DNA of 64,000 nt, from positions 105,090,001 to 105,154,000 of the forward strand of contig OX597818.1 of assembly GCA_951406725.2 (NCBI GenBank). Reading direction: 5' to 3'. Positions 50,461-62,470 of the stretch are shown here, piece by piece; position 1 is the first letter of the stretch, and every line of letters begins with the position of its first letter. Below the pieces are notes generated by a model. It made no database searches. It saw only the letters and a list, made by a program, of their open reading frames with translations, and had not been told where the DNA came from. This DNA comes from Octopus vulgaris (Eukaryota). A program made the translations under genes and the position numbers.

Positions 50461-51114
50461 CAACAACATTGAGAAACGGCCCCGATAGGCCATTCGACCC
50501 ACTAGAAAGAGCAGCCAAGACTCAAACCACTAAATAGTAGTAATTCAGAAATTAAAGGAAAATTAAAAAACATTTACCCTAGTTATCTTTAGACAATGCA
50601 TTGTTTTGACGTTCTTTATGGCAAACCAGCCTAATTAAATTAAATTAAATTTAATCAAGTCAATCTACCAAAGAATCTCATCGGTAGAGAAGCCAGGAGG
50701 AATAGATATACACGAGGCAGCAGCATTTGTACCTTGGGGATATATAATTCTGAAATTGAATCAGCAGTTTATATTTGCTGCTGATAAGTTGGCGCGATTA
50801 CGGTGGTTTTGAAAATTTAGGGTATATATTCCCGAGGCACAAATGCTGCTGCCTCGTGTATATCTATTCCTCCTGGCTTCTTTACCGATGAGACGGGCCT
50901 TTGGTAGATTGACTTGATTAAATTTAATTTAATTTAATTAGGCTGGTTTGCCATAAAGAACGTCGAAACAATGCATTGTCTAAAGATAAATAGGGTAAAT
51001 GTTTTTTAATTTTCCATTAATTTCTGAATTACTACTATTTAGCGGTTTGAGTCTTGGCTGCTCTTTCTAGTGGGTCGAATGGCCTATCGGGGCCGTTCCT
51101 CAATGTTGTTGAAA
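50458..51114. mobile_element. Young inverted-repeat element (~290-bp arms, ~75-bp spacer)
   Basis: 50458-50746 is the near-perfect reverse complement of 50823-51114; (TA)n on both sides. Confidence 0.9.
50879..50986 (+). ncRNA. Type I hammerhead variant (CCGAUGA core) with ~70-nt stem II
   Basis: tcttta-CCGATGA-gacg-(long G-U-rich hairpin)-cgtc-GAAAC-AATGCATT-GTC-taaaga; 6-bp stem I, palindromic ACAATGCATTGT stem III, GUC site at 50978-50980. Confidence 0.75.
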
Positions 51115-51205
51115 TTATATACATAGTCTGTGACTATTTTCTCTTTCTCACTAGACTGCTGGTGGCAAAAAATTTCTATTGAATTTTTTACTACCCTTAT
51201 ATTGA

Positions 51206-51270
<65 letters not shown>

Positions 51271-52469
51271 ATTTCAGGATGATCATTTTTTCTTTTGCCA
51301 AATAAACACACGCACTATATATCAGTTCTTCACTCATTTATTACTGTTCTTATTTTAACTTGTGTCCATTGTTTTTCAATCTTTCATTACACATCTGTGA
51401 CCGCTTCAGCAACACTTTCTGTCCTCATGTGTGCTCCTACTCTGTTTAGTCCATTCACAATATCTGTTTCAACACACAGTTTCACATCAGGAATCTTGCA
51501 ACACAAATTCATAAATGTATATACATACACACACACACACACACATATATATATAAAATGTATATACATACACACACACACACACACATATATATATAAA
51601 ATGTATATACATACACACACACACATATATTTATACACACACACACACACACATGCACATGCACACACACATACACGCACACACTAGTGTGATGAATGGA
51701 AGAATGAGTACTCAGTATAGGAGAGTCCAAATAAGCATAGCCCCCACCCACAAGTGAGTATGACAATTAGCTTGTACCATATTTTCACTTATTGTTTTAG
51801 GTGCCTATGTAGTTGTGAGTCAACACAGACACTCTATTAGTGCTTCCCATCCTTGACCTAGTAAAATATCAAGGATGTAGCTGCTGGATAGAGTAAGGTA
51901 GTTGAACTCAGAACACAAAGATCCAGAACAAATGCTGCAAGGCATCCAGTCTAATGTTTTTACAGTTTCACCATTTCACAGACCCTGCATTTGTACCGTT
52001 TTTTTTTATAAATCCCCAAAAATATGAAAGCTAAGTTGACCACAGCATGACCTGAAATTAAAGTACAGAGTGATGGAACAAATATAATCAAATCATTATT
52101 GCTGTTAATGTCTTTATATTTTAAACTTAGCTGGTACTCATTTACAGCTGAGCAGCATGGAGAAGCATGAAATGATATACTTTGTTAGAGGTCTCAATGC
52201 ATTGTCCAGTCTAGGAATCAAACCCACAGCTTTATGATAGGGAACTCAACACCCATATCATTATGCTATATAACTTCACTAGAAGGTAGAGTAGAAATTA
52301 TTATTCATTTGACTTACCAGTATATGCTTGTGAATGTTAACAATGCCACTCTACAAACAAGAAACCTGAGGTATTAGCATGATACCCCAGATTTATGTAA
52401 GTTGCGTAATAAATAATATGTGTGTACGTGTGTGTGTGTGTGTGTATCTAAAGGGAGAAGGGTACAAAG

Positions 52470-52775
52470 TAGTACTTGCATTGCTTAACATAAGAGTCAA
52501 AACGACTCAATTAGCCACAAAAAAACACTTTCTTTGATAAGTTGAAGAAAAGACTGACGAGAATTGAGATGCAATGCATCGGAATCTGAAATCACATGAT
52601 ATGGATATATCTCCTACCTCAGTAGGGAGCTTGTCCCACTGCAGTACAGAGCTTTCTCACTTCCTCTCTTTCATCAACTTATTAAGATAGTTCTTTTTAT
52701 GGCTAACTGAGTTGTTTTGACTCTTATTTCTAGCAATGTTGGTACTACTTTGTACCTTTGTCACTTCAATGACAT
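52470..52775. mobile_element. Inverted-repeat relative of the 28443 unit, with a partial hammerhead (52554-52601)
   Basis: Arms about 52470-52550 / 52670-52760; right part similar to 28715-28790; CTGACGA..GAAA-tca-ca-tga-TA lacks a stem I partner. Confidence 0.55.
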
Positions 52776-52869
52776 TTATAAATTTGCCTTTAGGTTTTAG
52801 TTGCTAATAAGCTAATAAGTCACCTACACACATGCACACACACACACACGCACGCGCACACACACACAG

Positions 52870-54030
52870 TACACTGTGTTAAAAGTTTTTCCATATTTCA
52901 AGGTTTAATTATTAGTGCAAACAAATTACATACGAAGAACATTTATTCATCAAAATATATCCCATTATATTCTATTATCTGTTGCCATCATTGTGACAGA
53001 AGTTCGATCTCCACTGAAACCATTTAGCAAAAAAAAATCCTTACACTTTTTTTCAACTTTATCCACGTTGTTGAACCTTCAAGAAATGGGCCATAGTTCA
53101 GAAAAGGTGATAACCTGGTGGTGCAAGGTTTGGACTGTAGGCAGGGTGAGGCAGCACTTCAAGCCCCTCAAGTTCCTAAAGTTTGCACTTGGTCACATCG
53201 GCAGTGTGTGTGTGTGTGTTGGAGTACTGTCATGCTGTAGAAGTGCATGTCTTTGACTGACCAATGCCAGGCAGTGAGCTTTCAAAGCATCATGTACTCA
53301 ACTGCATTTGCTGAGCATAAAGGTTAGCATTCACAGCATGACCATCTGGGACAAGCTCACAGTACAACACCCCCTCAAAATTCTACCAAATATACAACAT
53401 GACCATCTATTTAAACCACCCTTGTTTGACAACAAGTGCTGAAGCCTGACCAGAATGAAGTCACCGAATTTTAATAGATCCATTCTTCATCCCTAGTTAC
53501 AATTCAACACACAAAACGAGCATCTCAAGTATTTGTCAGCAGTCCTTTGCAAATGTTCAGATGTTGAGCTTGACCATTAGTCTGTTCATAAGGGACTTCT
53601 CAACATATCTATTCACAAGGCTGAGCTTATGGGATAGTCAGTTGACGGTGCTTTTGAAGGACCAAGTTATGCCAACAGTGTATGAGTGCAACCATTTCAA
53701 GCAACGTCTCATCTTACACAACAGAAAGTCTCTCTAACCTTGATTTGTCTTCAAAACTGGTGTCACCTTCCTTGAAATGTCTGAGTAAGTTTCATGCCTC
53801 ACATTAATTAACAGTTCCTGGGCCTTTCACATCCTTAATTTCTTTTGCCACTACCTTTGCACTCAGTCCTGTTTTTTCCACAAGTAGCATAAAATGTCTC
53901 TAATTGCAATATTTTCACCACTCATTATCAAAGCTGTAAAATAAAGAATAAATAATAAATGTTTATATGTTATGTGAAAATAAAGACTAAAGAATCCAGC
54001 AATGATTGGATAACAAGTTAAAAACACCTT
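52870..54030 (-). mobile_element. Highly degenerate mariner remnant
   Basis: Minus strand reads GLEVLPHPAYSPNLAPPGYHLF near 53090-53170 and LLQHDSTP near 53230. Confidence 0.7.
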
Positions 54031-54056
54031 TTGACTGAACCTGATATATATATATA

Positions 54057-55034
54057 CTAGCAGTATCGCCCGGCGTTGCTCGGGTTTGTAAGGGAAATAA
54101 CTATATAAGCATTTTTAGTGAGTTATAGCAAAAAATGCATTAAAAATGAAATAAAAAATGATGGTAATTTTTTTTTTAAATCGTTGACTCATCGTAGACA
54201 TTTTTAGAGAGTTACTTCCCTTACATAATAGCGAAAAATGCAAAAAAATGGAATAAAAAATTATGGTAATTTTTTTTTAAATCGTTGACTCATCGTAGAC
54301 ATTTTTAGAGAGTTACTTCCCTTATATAATAGCGAAAAATGCATTAAAATGGAATAAAAAATGATGGTAAATTTTTTTTTAAATCGTAGACTCATCGTAG
54401 ACGCGCACTAATACCCAGAAGGGCTCGATATGAATCACGACTATAAGATACCGGGTTTTGGTTAAACTGCACTGCAAAATGTGGGAGTAGTTAGGAATCT
54501 AAATCGTAGGAGACAGACACACAACCTTACTTTTATATATAAAGATTTGTGCGCGAAAGTGTGAATGCGCATGCGCGAAAGTGTGACTGCGCATGCGCGA
54601 AAGTGTAACTGCGCATGCGCGAACGTGTGACTGCGCAAGCGCGAACGTGTGACTGCGCAAGCGCGAACGTGCGACTGCGCATGCGCGAACGTGTGACTGC
54701 GCATGCGCGAAAGTGTGAATGCGCATGCGCAGTCACACTTTATGAGGGAGGGAAGAAGGGGAGAAGCAGCACAGGTGCAGGTGTGAGCATGGACGCCAAC
54801 TCCGCCGCCATTGACACACGAAAAAATTGGAAGAAATGGAAAAAAATGATGTTAAATTATTTTTTAAATCGTAGACTCATTGTAGACTCGCGCTAATACC
54901 CAGACGGGCTCAATATGAATCACCACTATAAGATACCCGAATTTGGTTAAACTGCACCGCAAAATGTAGGAGTAGTTAGGAATCTAAATCGTAGGAGACA
55001 GACACTCACACAACTTCACTTTTATATATATTGA
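54057..55034 (-). mobile_element. Composite non-autonomous Helitron (two 5' modules, one 3' end)
   Basis: 3' hairpin plus CTAG at 54057-54085 matching the 38847 end; TC 5' ends at about 54545 and 55034; ~120-bp internal tandem repeats at 54110-54400. Confidence 0.8.
54550..54741. repeat. 22-bp CpG-rich minisatellite of TGCGCA(T/A)GCGC units
   Basis: 8 units of tgcgcatgcgcgaa(a/c)gtgtgac ending in a palindrome. Confidence 0.95.
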
Positions 55035-55049
55035 TATATATATATATAT

Positions 55050-55345
55050 ATGAATTAGAAAAAAAAAACACCTTTTATAAATTCAATAATGAAAAATTAA
55101 ATTATACCATTTAGAAAAATTACATCTTATAGAAAGATCAAATATAAGATAAAACATATAACAATGATTAAGTAAAGTGCAAAATATATACGCTTTATTT
55201 ATTATTTTGCACTTTACTTAATCATTGTTATATGTTTTATCTTATATTTAATCTTTCTATAAGATGTAATTTTTCTAAACGGTATAATTTAATTTTTCAT
55301 TATTGAATTGATAAAAGGTGGTTATTGTTTCTAATTTATATATAT
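55050..55345. repeat. Near-perfect AT-rich fold-back (~135-bp arms, ~16-nt loop)
   Basis: Direct reverse-complement match. Confidence 0.85.
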
Positions 55346-55394
55346 ATATTATATTTAGTGAAATTTGATTTAGTATTTCTAAATTGAATTTACT

Positions 55395-55595
55395 GGCTCC
55401 GTGCTGGTGGCACGTAAAAGCACCCACTACACTCTCGGAGTGGTTGGCGTTAGGAAGGGCATCCAGCTGTAGAAACTCTGCCAGATCAAGGCTGAAGCTT
55501 GGTGCAGACATCTGGTTCGCCAGCCCTCCGTCATTCATCCAACCCATGCTAGCATGGAAAGCAGACATTAAACAATGATGATGATGATGATGATA
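55395..55595 (+). mobile_element. RTE 3' UTR fragment
   Basis: Ends ..gcagacattaaacaatgatgatg. Confidence 0.8.
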
Positions 55596-55657
55596 TATAT
55601 ATATATATAAATAAATGAAAGAATGGAGTCGAACGACGATTTAACAAAATTCCTTTA

Positions 55658-55740
55658 TTCTCGACATATGTTTCAAAGACTGCATATTCTCAATTCCGAA
55701 GGAATAAAGGGTGCATTATGCCGCCTTCTCATCAGGAAAA
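55658..55740 (-). ncRNA. Type I hammerhead with extended stem II, inside fold-back 55610-55805
   Basis: ttttc-CTGATGA-gaaggcggcata...tatgcagtcttt-GAAAC-ATAT-GTC-gagaa; palindromic ACATATGT stem III, GUC site. Confidence 0.75.
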
Positions 55741-55952
55741 ACATATGTTGAGAATAAAGGAATTTTGTTAAATTGTTGTTCGACTCCATTCTTTCATTTA
55801 TTTATAGTAAAAAAACACAAATTTCCACACGAAAGCACATTATTTCTGCCCTTGGCATGTAGCTTCAACCGTGATTTCTGACGTAAATTTGCTACCCAGG
55901 TATCAGTTAACCGAATTATCCATACTAGGATAATTCATTCAACTACTTAAAC

Positions 55953-55987
<35 letters not shown>

Positions 55988-56589
55988 TACACAAGTGAAA
56001 ATGATAAAATTTAATGGGAAACATTACAAAAATAATAAAAATTAAGCTCTCATCAGCTGTCTCACTAAACATCAGAATATTTTCAATGCTTCTGATAAAA
56101 CTGCATACCTTAAGAGTATCAACAACGGTGGTTAGGCAATATATAGAAAGGGGGCAATATGTATAAACTGTAAAACATATGGTCAAGCCTTAGTGGTGGG
56201 AAAGGATCAAAATAATGACAAGTAAAAGACACATGGTTAAGACTAGTGATCATGACAAAAAGCATGAAAATTATAGGTTAACTTATGGCAAAATTATATA
56301 AAACATGTTTCCTATCATAAAAATAAAATGTTAGTCAGGATAACAATGAAACAAAACAATGCAAAACAATAGTACAGACACATAATGTGAAAGAAAGAAA
56401 ATACCTTATAAGTGCTAGATGAAGTCCTTGAGCAAATAATAGAGAAGAAAAGGATGTGTACTCACTAGACAAGCTGAAAGATGACAGAGAAATCAATGGC
56501 CAGCATGAAAGCAAAAAGTTGTTCTATTGTTTTGTGTTGTTTTGTTTTATTTATTTTTATTGTAATCAATCAACTTGTAATCTTAGGTC

Positions 56590-56997
56590 TCAACCATGGG
56601 AATGATAAGTGAACTGAGGAAATAACTCTTTTCTCATATGAAGGAGGCAAATCCCTAGTCTGGGACATGACATGTTGTGACACATTCTCCAGTGCCAACC
56701 TTGCTGCATCAGCCACAAACCCAGGTATTGCCACCCATAACATAGATAAGAGAAAGATAGACAAATACAGGAGCCCGATCAGCTGCTATCTGTTTGAACC
56801 GGTTGCCCTTTGTGTTGGTTGCCATCAAAACCTCTGGCGTTTTTGGACCCTGTACTGCTGATTTCCTCTTTAAAATTGAAATAGCTGTGGCCTGTTTGAG
56901 AAATGAGACCCACAAGTTTAGGTGGGTGTTGAAGCAAGTGCCACTGACCATTTTCTGGAGCAATGCCTTTGCAATTATGTCTACAAAGTGCAACTGA
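56590..56997 (+). mobile_element. CRE-clade-like non-LTR retrotransposon 3' (REL endonuclease) remnant
   Basis: GKSLVWDMTCCDTFSSANLAASATNPG..RKIDKY..YLFEPVA..TSGVFGP..SNAFAI. Confidence 0.75.
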
Positions 56998-57419
56998 ACA
57001 TGCTTTTTGGTCTGTGGTTTACAATGTTACTCCCTTTCCCCTGTTTTTGCTGCTTAAATCCCCCACGCCCAACTTTTTTTTCTTTTTGTCTGTTTCCTTG
57101 GTGAGGTAGTTCTGGGTGTTTTTCCAAGGTAATTTGATCTTTTATACTTTTTATGCTTTTTTTTCTTTCTTTTCTTCTTGTGAAAAACATGTTAATAAAT
57201 TTAACTCTATTAATTTGCTCTATGATAAATTCAGCACTGGAATAAAACTGTGATGCCCCCTTACCTTGATGCCCTAAGTGCGTTCTTAATTGGTTTAATG
57301 ATTAATCTGGTTCTGGCCTTTCTCTAAATATTTGTAGCCTGTGCTAATGTAAATGTTGAGAGTAAAGCCCTGGTAGGATGATCTAACTATGAGGTGGGAA
57401 GCTGCAGGCTGATGCATAT

Positions 57420-57620
57420 GCACACGAAGTTTTTTATTGGAAACATGCTTGGCTGGATGTGATTGGGGAAGATCTTCAGAGGCTCGACATTGCCTTGGAG
57501 GATGCTGAGGAGCTGGTACAGGACCGCTAGCAATAGAGACCACTGGTGAACCTGGTCAGCTCTATGCATAATGATGTCTCTGGGACCACTAATCTGGGAT
57601 GACCCCAGCCCCATCAATTA
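57420..57620 (+). mobile_element. Old RTE-type LINE 3' end from a different family
   Basis: WLDVIGEDLQRLDIALEDAEELVQDR..LVNLVSS. Confidence 0.5.
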
Positions 57621-58177
57621 AGAGCCTGAAGCAAGCAAACAATCTAATGCAAAAAAACATTACTATTCTTATCAAAGGTAACAAGATGATGGAATTTATA
57701 GAGGCAGAACAAAAATGTGTTGCAGAATTTAATTGTTTATGATATTCTGTGCAGGCATAGATGTGTGGTGAAGAAGCTGAATTTGAAATTACATGACTTC
57801 AGATTCAGTCCTACAGCACAATACCTTGGACTTGTACCATAACTCAGGTCAAGTAAATTTTTATAATGAAATTCATTAGATGGAAACTTTGTAGAAAAAC
57901 TTCAAGTAGACCATTTCTGTTCTGAGTAGTAAACTTAACTGGTTGCCTTGTTTAACACCACCACTTGGCTTTTGAGTGTTTTTAGTAGTGTTCATTCTGG
58001 TGCATTCATATAAACCAGGACTCTTGTTTAATGATAATTTTCCCCCTTTCTGTACCTCCTCCAATGGTGGAGGACCTGAAAAAGGGTTAGGGATAATGTC
58101 CCTGCTTCAATAAAGATATATGAAAAGGACATTTTAATGTTAAAATCCTTTTGGAATCAATTTGAGCTTTGCTCTTT

Positions 58178-58178
<1 letters not shown>

Positions 58179-58209
<31 letters not shown>

Positions 58210-58440
58210 TTAGCGTCCGCTTTCCATGCTAGCATGGGTTGGACAGTTCAACTGGGGTCTGGGAAGCCAGAAGGCTGCCCCAGGCCCAGTCTGATCTGGC
58301 AATGTTTCTACGGCTGGATGCCCTTCCTAACGCCAACCACTCCGTGAGTGTAGTGGGTGCTTTTTATGTGCCACCGGCACAGGTGCCAGATGGGGCTGGC
58401 AAACGGCCACGGTCGGATGGTGCTGTTTACGTGCCACCGT
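58179..58440 (-). mobile_element. RTE 3' UTR fragment
   Basis: (CAT)n tail plus UTR. Confidence 0.85.
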
Positions 58441-58701
58441 CATTGATAAATTACATGTAAGTAATTTACTAGTGTCAGTAAAAATCAACTGTACTATATC
58501 CTTCCTCTTTCCATAATAATATTGCTATATGTGGTTATTTGGTCTGTCTTTACATTCTGAGTTCAAATTCCACCAAGTTCGACTTTGCCTTTCATCCTTT
58601 CAGGGTCAATAAATTAAGTACCAGTTGCATATTAGGGTTGATCTAATCGACTGACTCCCTCCCACCAAAAAACTTTGGGCCTAGAGTAGAAAAGAATATT
58701 G

Positions 58702-58702
<1 letters not shown>

Positions 58703-58747
<45 letters not shown>

Positions 58748-58797
58748 ACATATAAGCTGAAAAACAAATAGACAGATAGGCATGCAGACAGACAGAC

Positions 58798-58882
<85 letters not shown>

Positions 58883-58935
58883 CACATGAACATACACACA
58901 GAAACACAGACAGATGGACAAACAGACAGACAGAT
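58703..58935. repeat. (TG)n, (GACA)n and (GATA)n microsatellites
   Basis: Seen directly. Confidence 0.95.
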
Positions 58936-59389
58936 GAAGTAAACTGGCTTTAAATGTGAAACAAATTGGGTTATAGGAAAACTTGACAAATATAGATTTA
59001 TTTTGTTTTGATATTAATATCCTTTGTATTTTTTCTTTTCAGAATATTTTCCATGGTAACAGACTCTTTGCCTTATGCTTTTAGATGCTATAATGGCCAA
59101 ACATGTATACATAACTCACCTGGTTTGCCATGTTGATGCATACAAATATATAATCACACTGTGATAAAATATATAAACTGTGAAAAATATATAAACTCAG
59201 TAAAAATATTAAAAAAACAATCTGAAAATATAAAACAATGTGAAAATATAAAAAAAACAAACTCTGTGTAAATATAAAACAGTGTGAAAATATACACCCC
59301 ATGAAAATATTTTTTTAAAAATGTGAAAATATATGGTTTATATATACTTATATACACACACACACACAGAGACACACGTACATAGATAT

Positions 59390-60125
59390 GTACCAGTGTG
59401 GAAGATCAGCAGCAGCTGCCCCAAAGTGTCTACAAGACACTACCTGACCCCAAAGCATGATATAGTCACAAAGACTATTTACAACACTCTGCATGTCCTG
59501 ATATATACATCAAAGGCTTGTCAGAACCAGCATGTATTCACACCTTTATAAACAAAGAATACTGGTGAAACACCCCATTAAAAAAGGCAATTCGGTGCAA
59601 ACATAACAGACCAGATATTGTTCTGTGGGACAAGGTACAAAAGTTATGCACTGTTGTAGAGGTCAGCTGCCCAGCAGATGTGAACATACAATCAAAAGTT
59701 CAAGAAAAGGAGAACATTTATAGTGAATTAATGCAGGATTTAAGTTATTGTACCCTGACTATAAAGTCTCATTTGCACCTATCATTATAGGTGCATTAAG
59801 TTATGTATCTACAAATTTACACAAAAATCTAGAAATAATAAGTTTTTCTAAGAAAGAGCGAAAAAACTGATACAGATTCTCCAAATCCAATCTATTAGCA
59901 GTACAGTGAAGATTTGTAATACATTCCAAAGATTCACTATCTGAAATTCTTTAGATAAATAGGTGCACACACCTGGGTGTGTGCATTGACAGCTCAACCA
60001 ACACACCAACTCAACACATGTTTACAAACATCAAGAACTCCCTTAACTCAAAAATCTTGTCGTTTTGTTAGCAACCAGCTTGAACTATCTCAAGAAGAAC
60101 TGAAATAAAACTCAGAGGAGAAACA
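59390..60125 (+). mobile_element. R4/Dong-like REL LINE 3' remnant
   Basis: SSSCPKVSTRHYLTPKHDIVTKTIY..KHNRPDIVLWDKVQKLCTVVEVSCPADVNIQSKVQEKENIY..PIIIGAL. Confidence 0.8.
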
Positions 60126-62470
60126 TACATATTATGTCAGGTCACTTATGAGTGCTACTAGTAACATATAGCTTGATAGGACTTGTATGGTTAGGTCATC
60201 AGCAACAAAACCAGTTCCCTTATCTGACTTACTAGGTAAGAAGGGTTACAAGAAATATTTGTCCAAAATAATTGACCCTATGTTGGGATGAACTCATTGA
60301 TAAACTTTAAAATTCTGGGTTAGTGTCCAGCAGGCTATTAGCTCACTGGGAGAAAGCACTGCTGAGTTTACTACACTAGCAGTGTAATTGGGTAGATAGT
60401 CTTGCTTATTAGTATTGGAAAGTAACCAGATCCAAAGAAGAATATCTCAGAACATAAACACTTACTGCTTATAAGAGCTTATGAAGGGAAGAAAAGGCAA
60501 GGGAGTCAACTCCAACAATAAAGTGGGTCAGAAGAGTGTTCAGAATCATGAAGAGGGTATGAAGACACAATGAATGGGTTGTATCTGTGGCCTCTGATCC
60601 TCAGTGATAAGAAAGGGGATATTCATTCAGCCATTTAGTAATGGTTCTCTACATTATCTGTTCAAATCCCAGGGAGGTCAGTTTTGCCTTTCATCCACCT
60701 TCCAAGATAAGTTCTAGTTCAAGGTAGTGGATTGACAAATTTGTTAGTGTGGGACAAAGTGCTTTACAATATTTGTTCTGGTTCTTTATATTCTGGAGAC
60801 CCAAGCAGGTGCAATAAAATTGTCTCTATCTAAAATGATAAGATAGTGTCTTGTAAAAAAAAAAGACCTGGAAGCAGGAAACCATTTTTGAATTCATTCA
60901 TGAAAATTCCATAACAAGTACATAGCACCCATTAACAAGTCACCATGTGTCGTTCACAAACTAAAGGCACAAAAGGAAAGGATCAAATGCAAAGTTGAAT
61001 TAAACAACAGTTTTGAACACAGAATATAAAAGACTGGAAATAGATACTACAAAGTGTTTTGTCTGACTTCACTCTTCCACAAATTTGTGTCCAGGAAACA
61101 GTAATTTATTCCTAAAATACCCAGTTCTTGAAGAGCATTTATTTTTCAGTTCCAAAAGAAACAAAAGTCAAAACTGACCACAAATATATAGGTGGTTGGG
61201 AGTATAACTGAGTGAATCATCTCGCTAGGATATCACTGGTAATATTTTATTAACCCAGAAAGAGAAAAAACAAAGCTGATTTCATTGGGATTTCAACCTG
61301 AAGACGTATGTTGCTCAACACTTAAGTACAGCCTGTCATTACTTGCAAGCAATTTTGGTTAGGTAGCATGAACCATGCTTTTGCTAATTGCTTCAAGTGA
61401 CTATTAAATTTCAAACAGACACATCTTCACACACACACACCACCACCATCACCACTTGGCCCAGTGGAGCATCCAGAATGTGACAGCTGTAGAGAGAAAG
61501 AGCTGCACCAGCACTGAGTTGGTACTTATTACAGCTGAGTGGACTGGACCAATGTGAAATGAAATGCCTGCACAATGACACAACATACCACCTTAACCAG
61601 GAACTTGAACCCAAAATCTTATAATCATGAGCTAAATGCCCTTGCCATAAGCCATGCACCTTTGCACAAAACACTGCTAGACAGAAATTTGTTTGCTGCC
61701 ATGGCTGCGTAAAAGAACCTTCATTTGTCAGTTATTTAGAGGAATGGTAAAGTTGACAGAAGTAACCTGAGTATATTACTGGTACTAAATAAATCAATGA
61801 GGAATACTCTACACAGTTGCTCAGTCTTCTAGAAACAGTAGCTAAATCTCTGTCAAATCACACCTTATGTCCTAAAAAAAGGTCACTTTTGATCATATAG
61901 TCCGTCAATTTGTGGTATGGTCATGGCTGGAGTGCTTATGATTATATGTATGCTTATCAGGAATGACCACCACCACTACCAACAATAACAACAACTGATA
62001 TGAATTTTGGTCTGTCAAAAGGGTAAAAGATAAAGTTGATCTCAGGATTTTAGTTTTGATTTCCTTGCTGTAGCGGCAAGGAGCAGGTTGAATCATTAGA
62101 GTGAAAGATAGAAAATCTTAAAATATTTGTTGCAGCCTTCTGAGGTCCAACCTATTTGTCATTCTTTCAGGGTCAATAAAATAAAGTACAAGTTTAGTGT
62201 AAGAATGATTATTGTCATTATTTTTATTACAGCAACAAGCTAGCAGAATCATTTTACATGCAGGACAAAATGCTTTGCGGTTTATTATTTGAAGTCTTTA
62301 TATTCTGCCTTCAAATGCCACTGAGGTCAGCTTTGCCTTTCAGTCTTTCAGGGCCAATGAAATATGTACCAGTTGAGCACTTGAGTTGACGTAATCAACT
62401 TCCTAGTCTCATCAAAACTATTGGCCCTTTGACAAAATTTGAAACCTATTATTATTATTATTATTATTAT

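Noticed and set aside
56709-56993. Minus-strand 94-aa ORF
   Set aside because: Antisense to the CRE-like remnant
58040-58090. acctcctccaatggt resembling an HDV-ribozyme P3/L3
   Set aside because: Folds as a simple hairpin; P1, P1.1 and P4 could not be assigned
59043-59135. Candidate plus-strand exon after ttttcttttcAG (similar acceptors at 39502 and 46266)
   Set aside because: No recognisable protein and no clear donor
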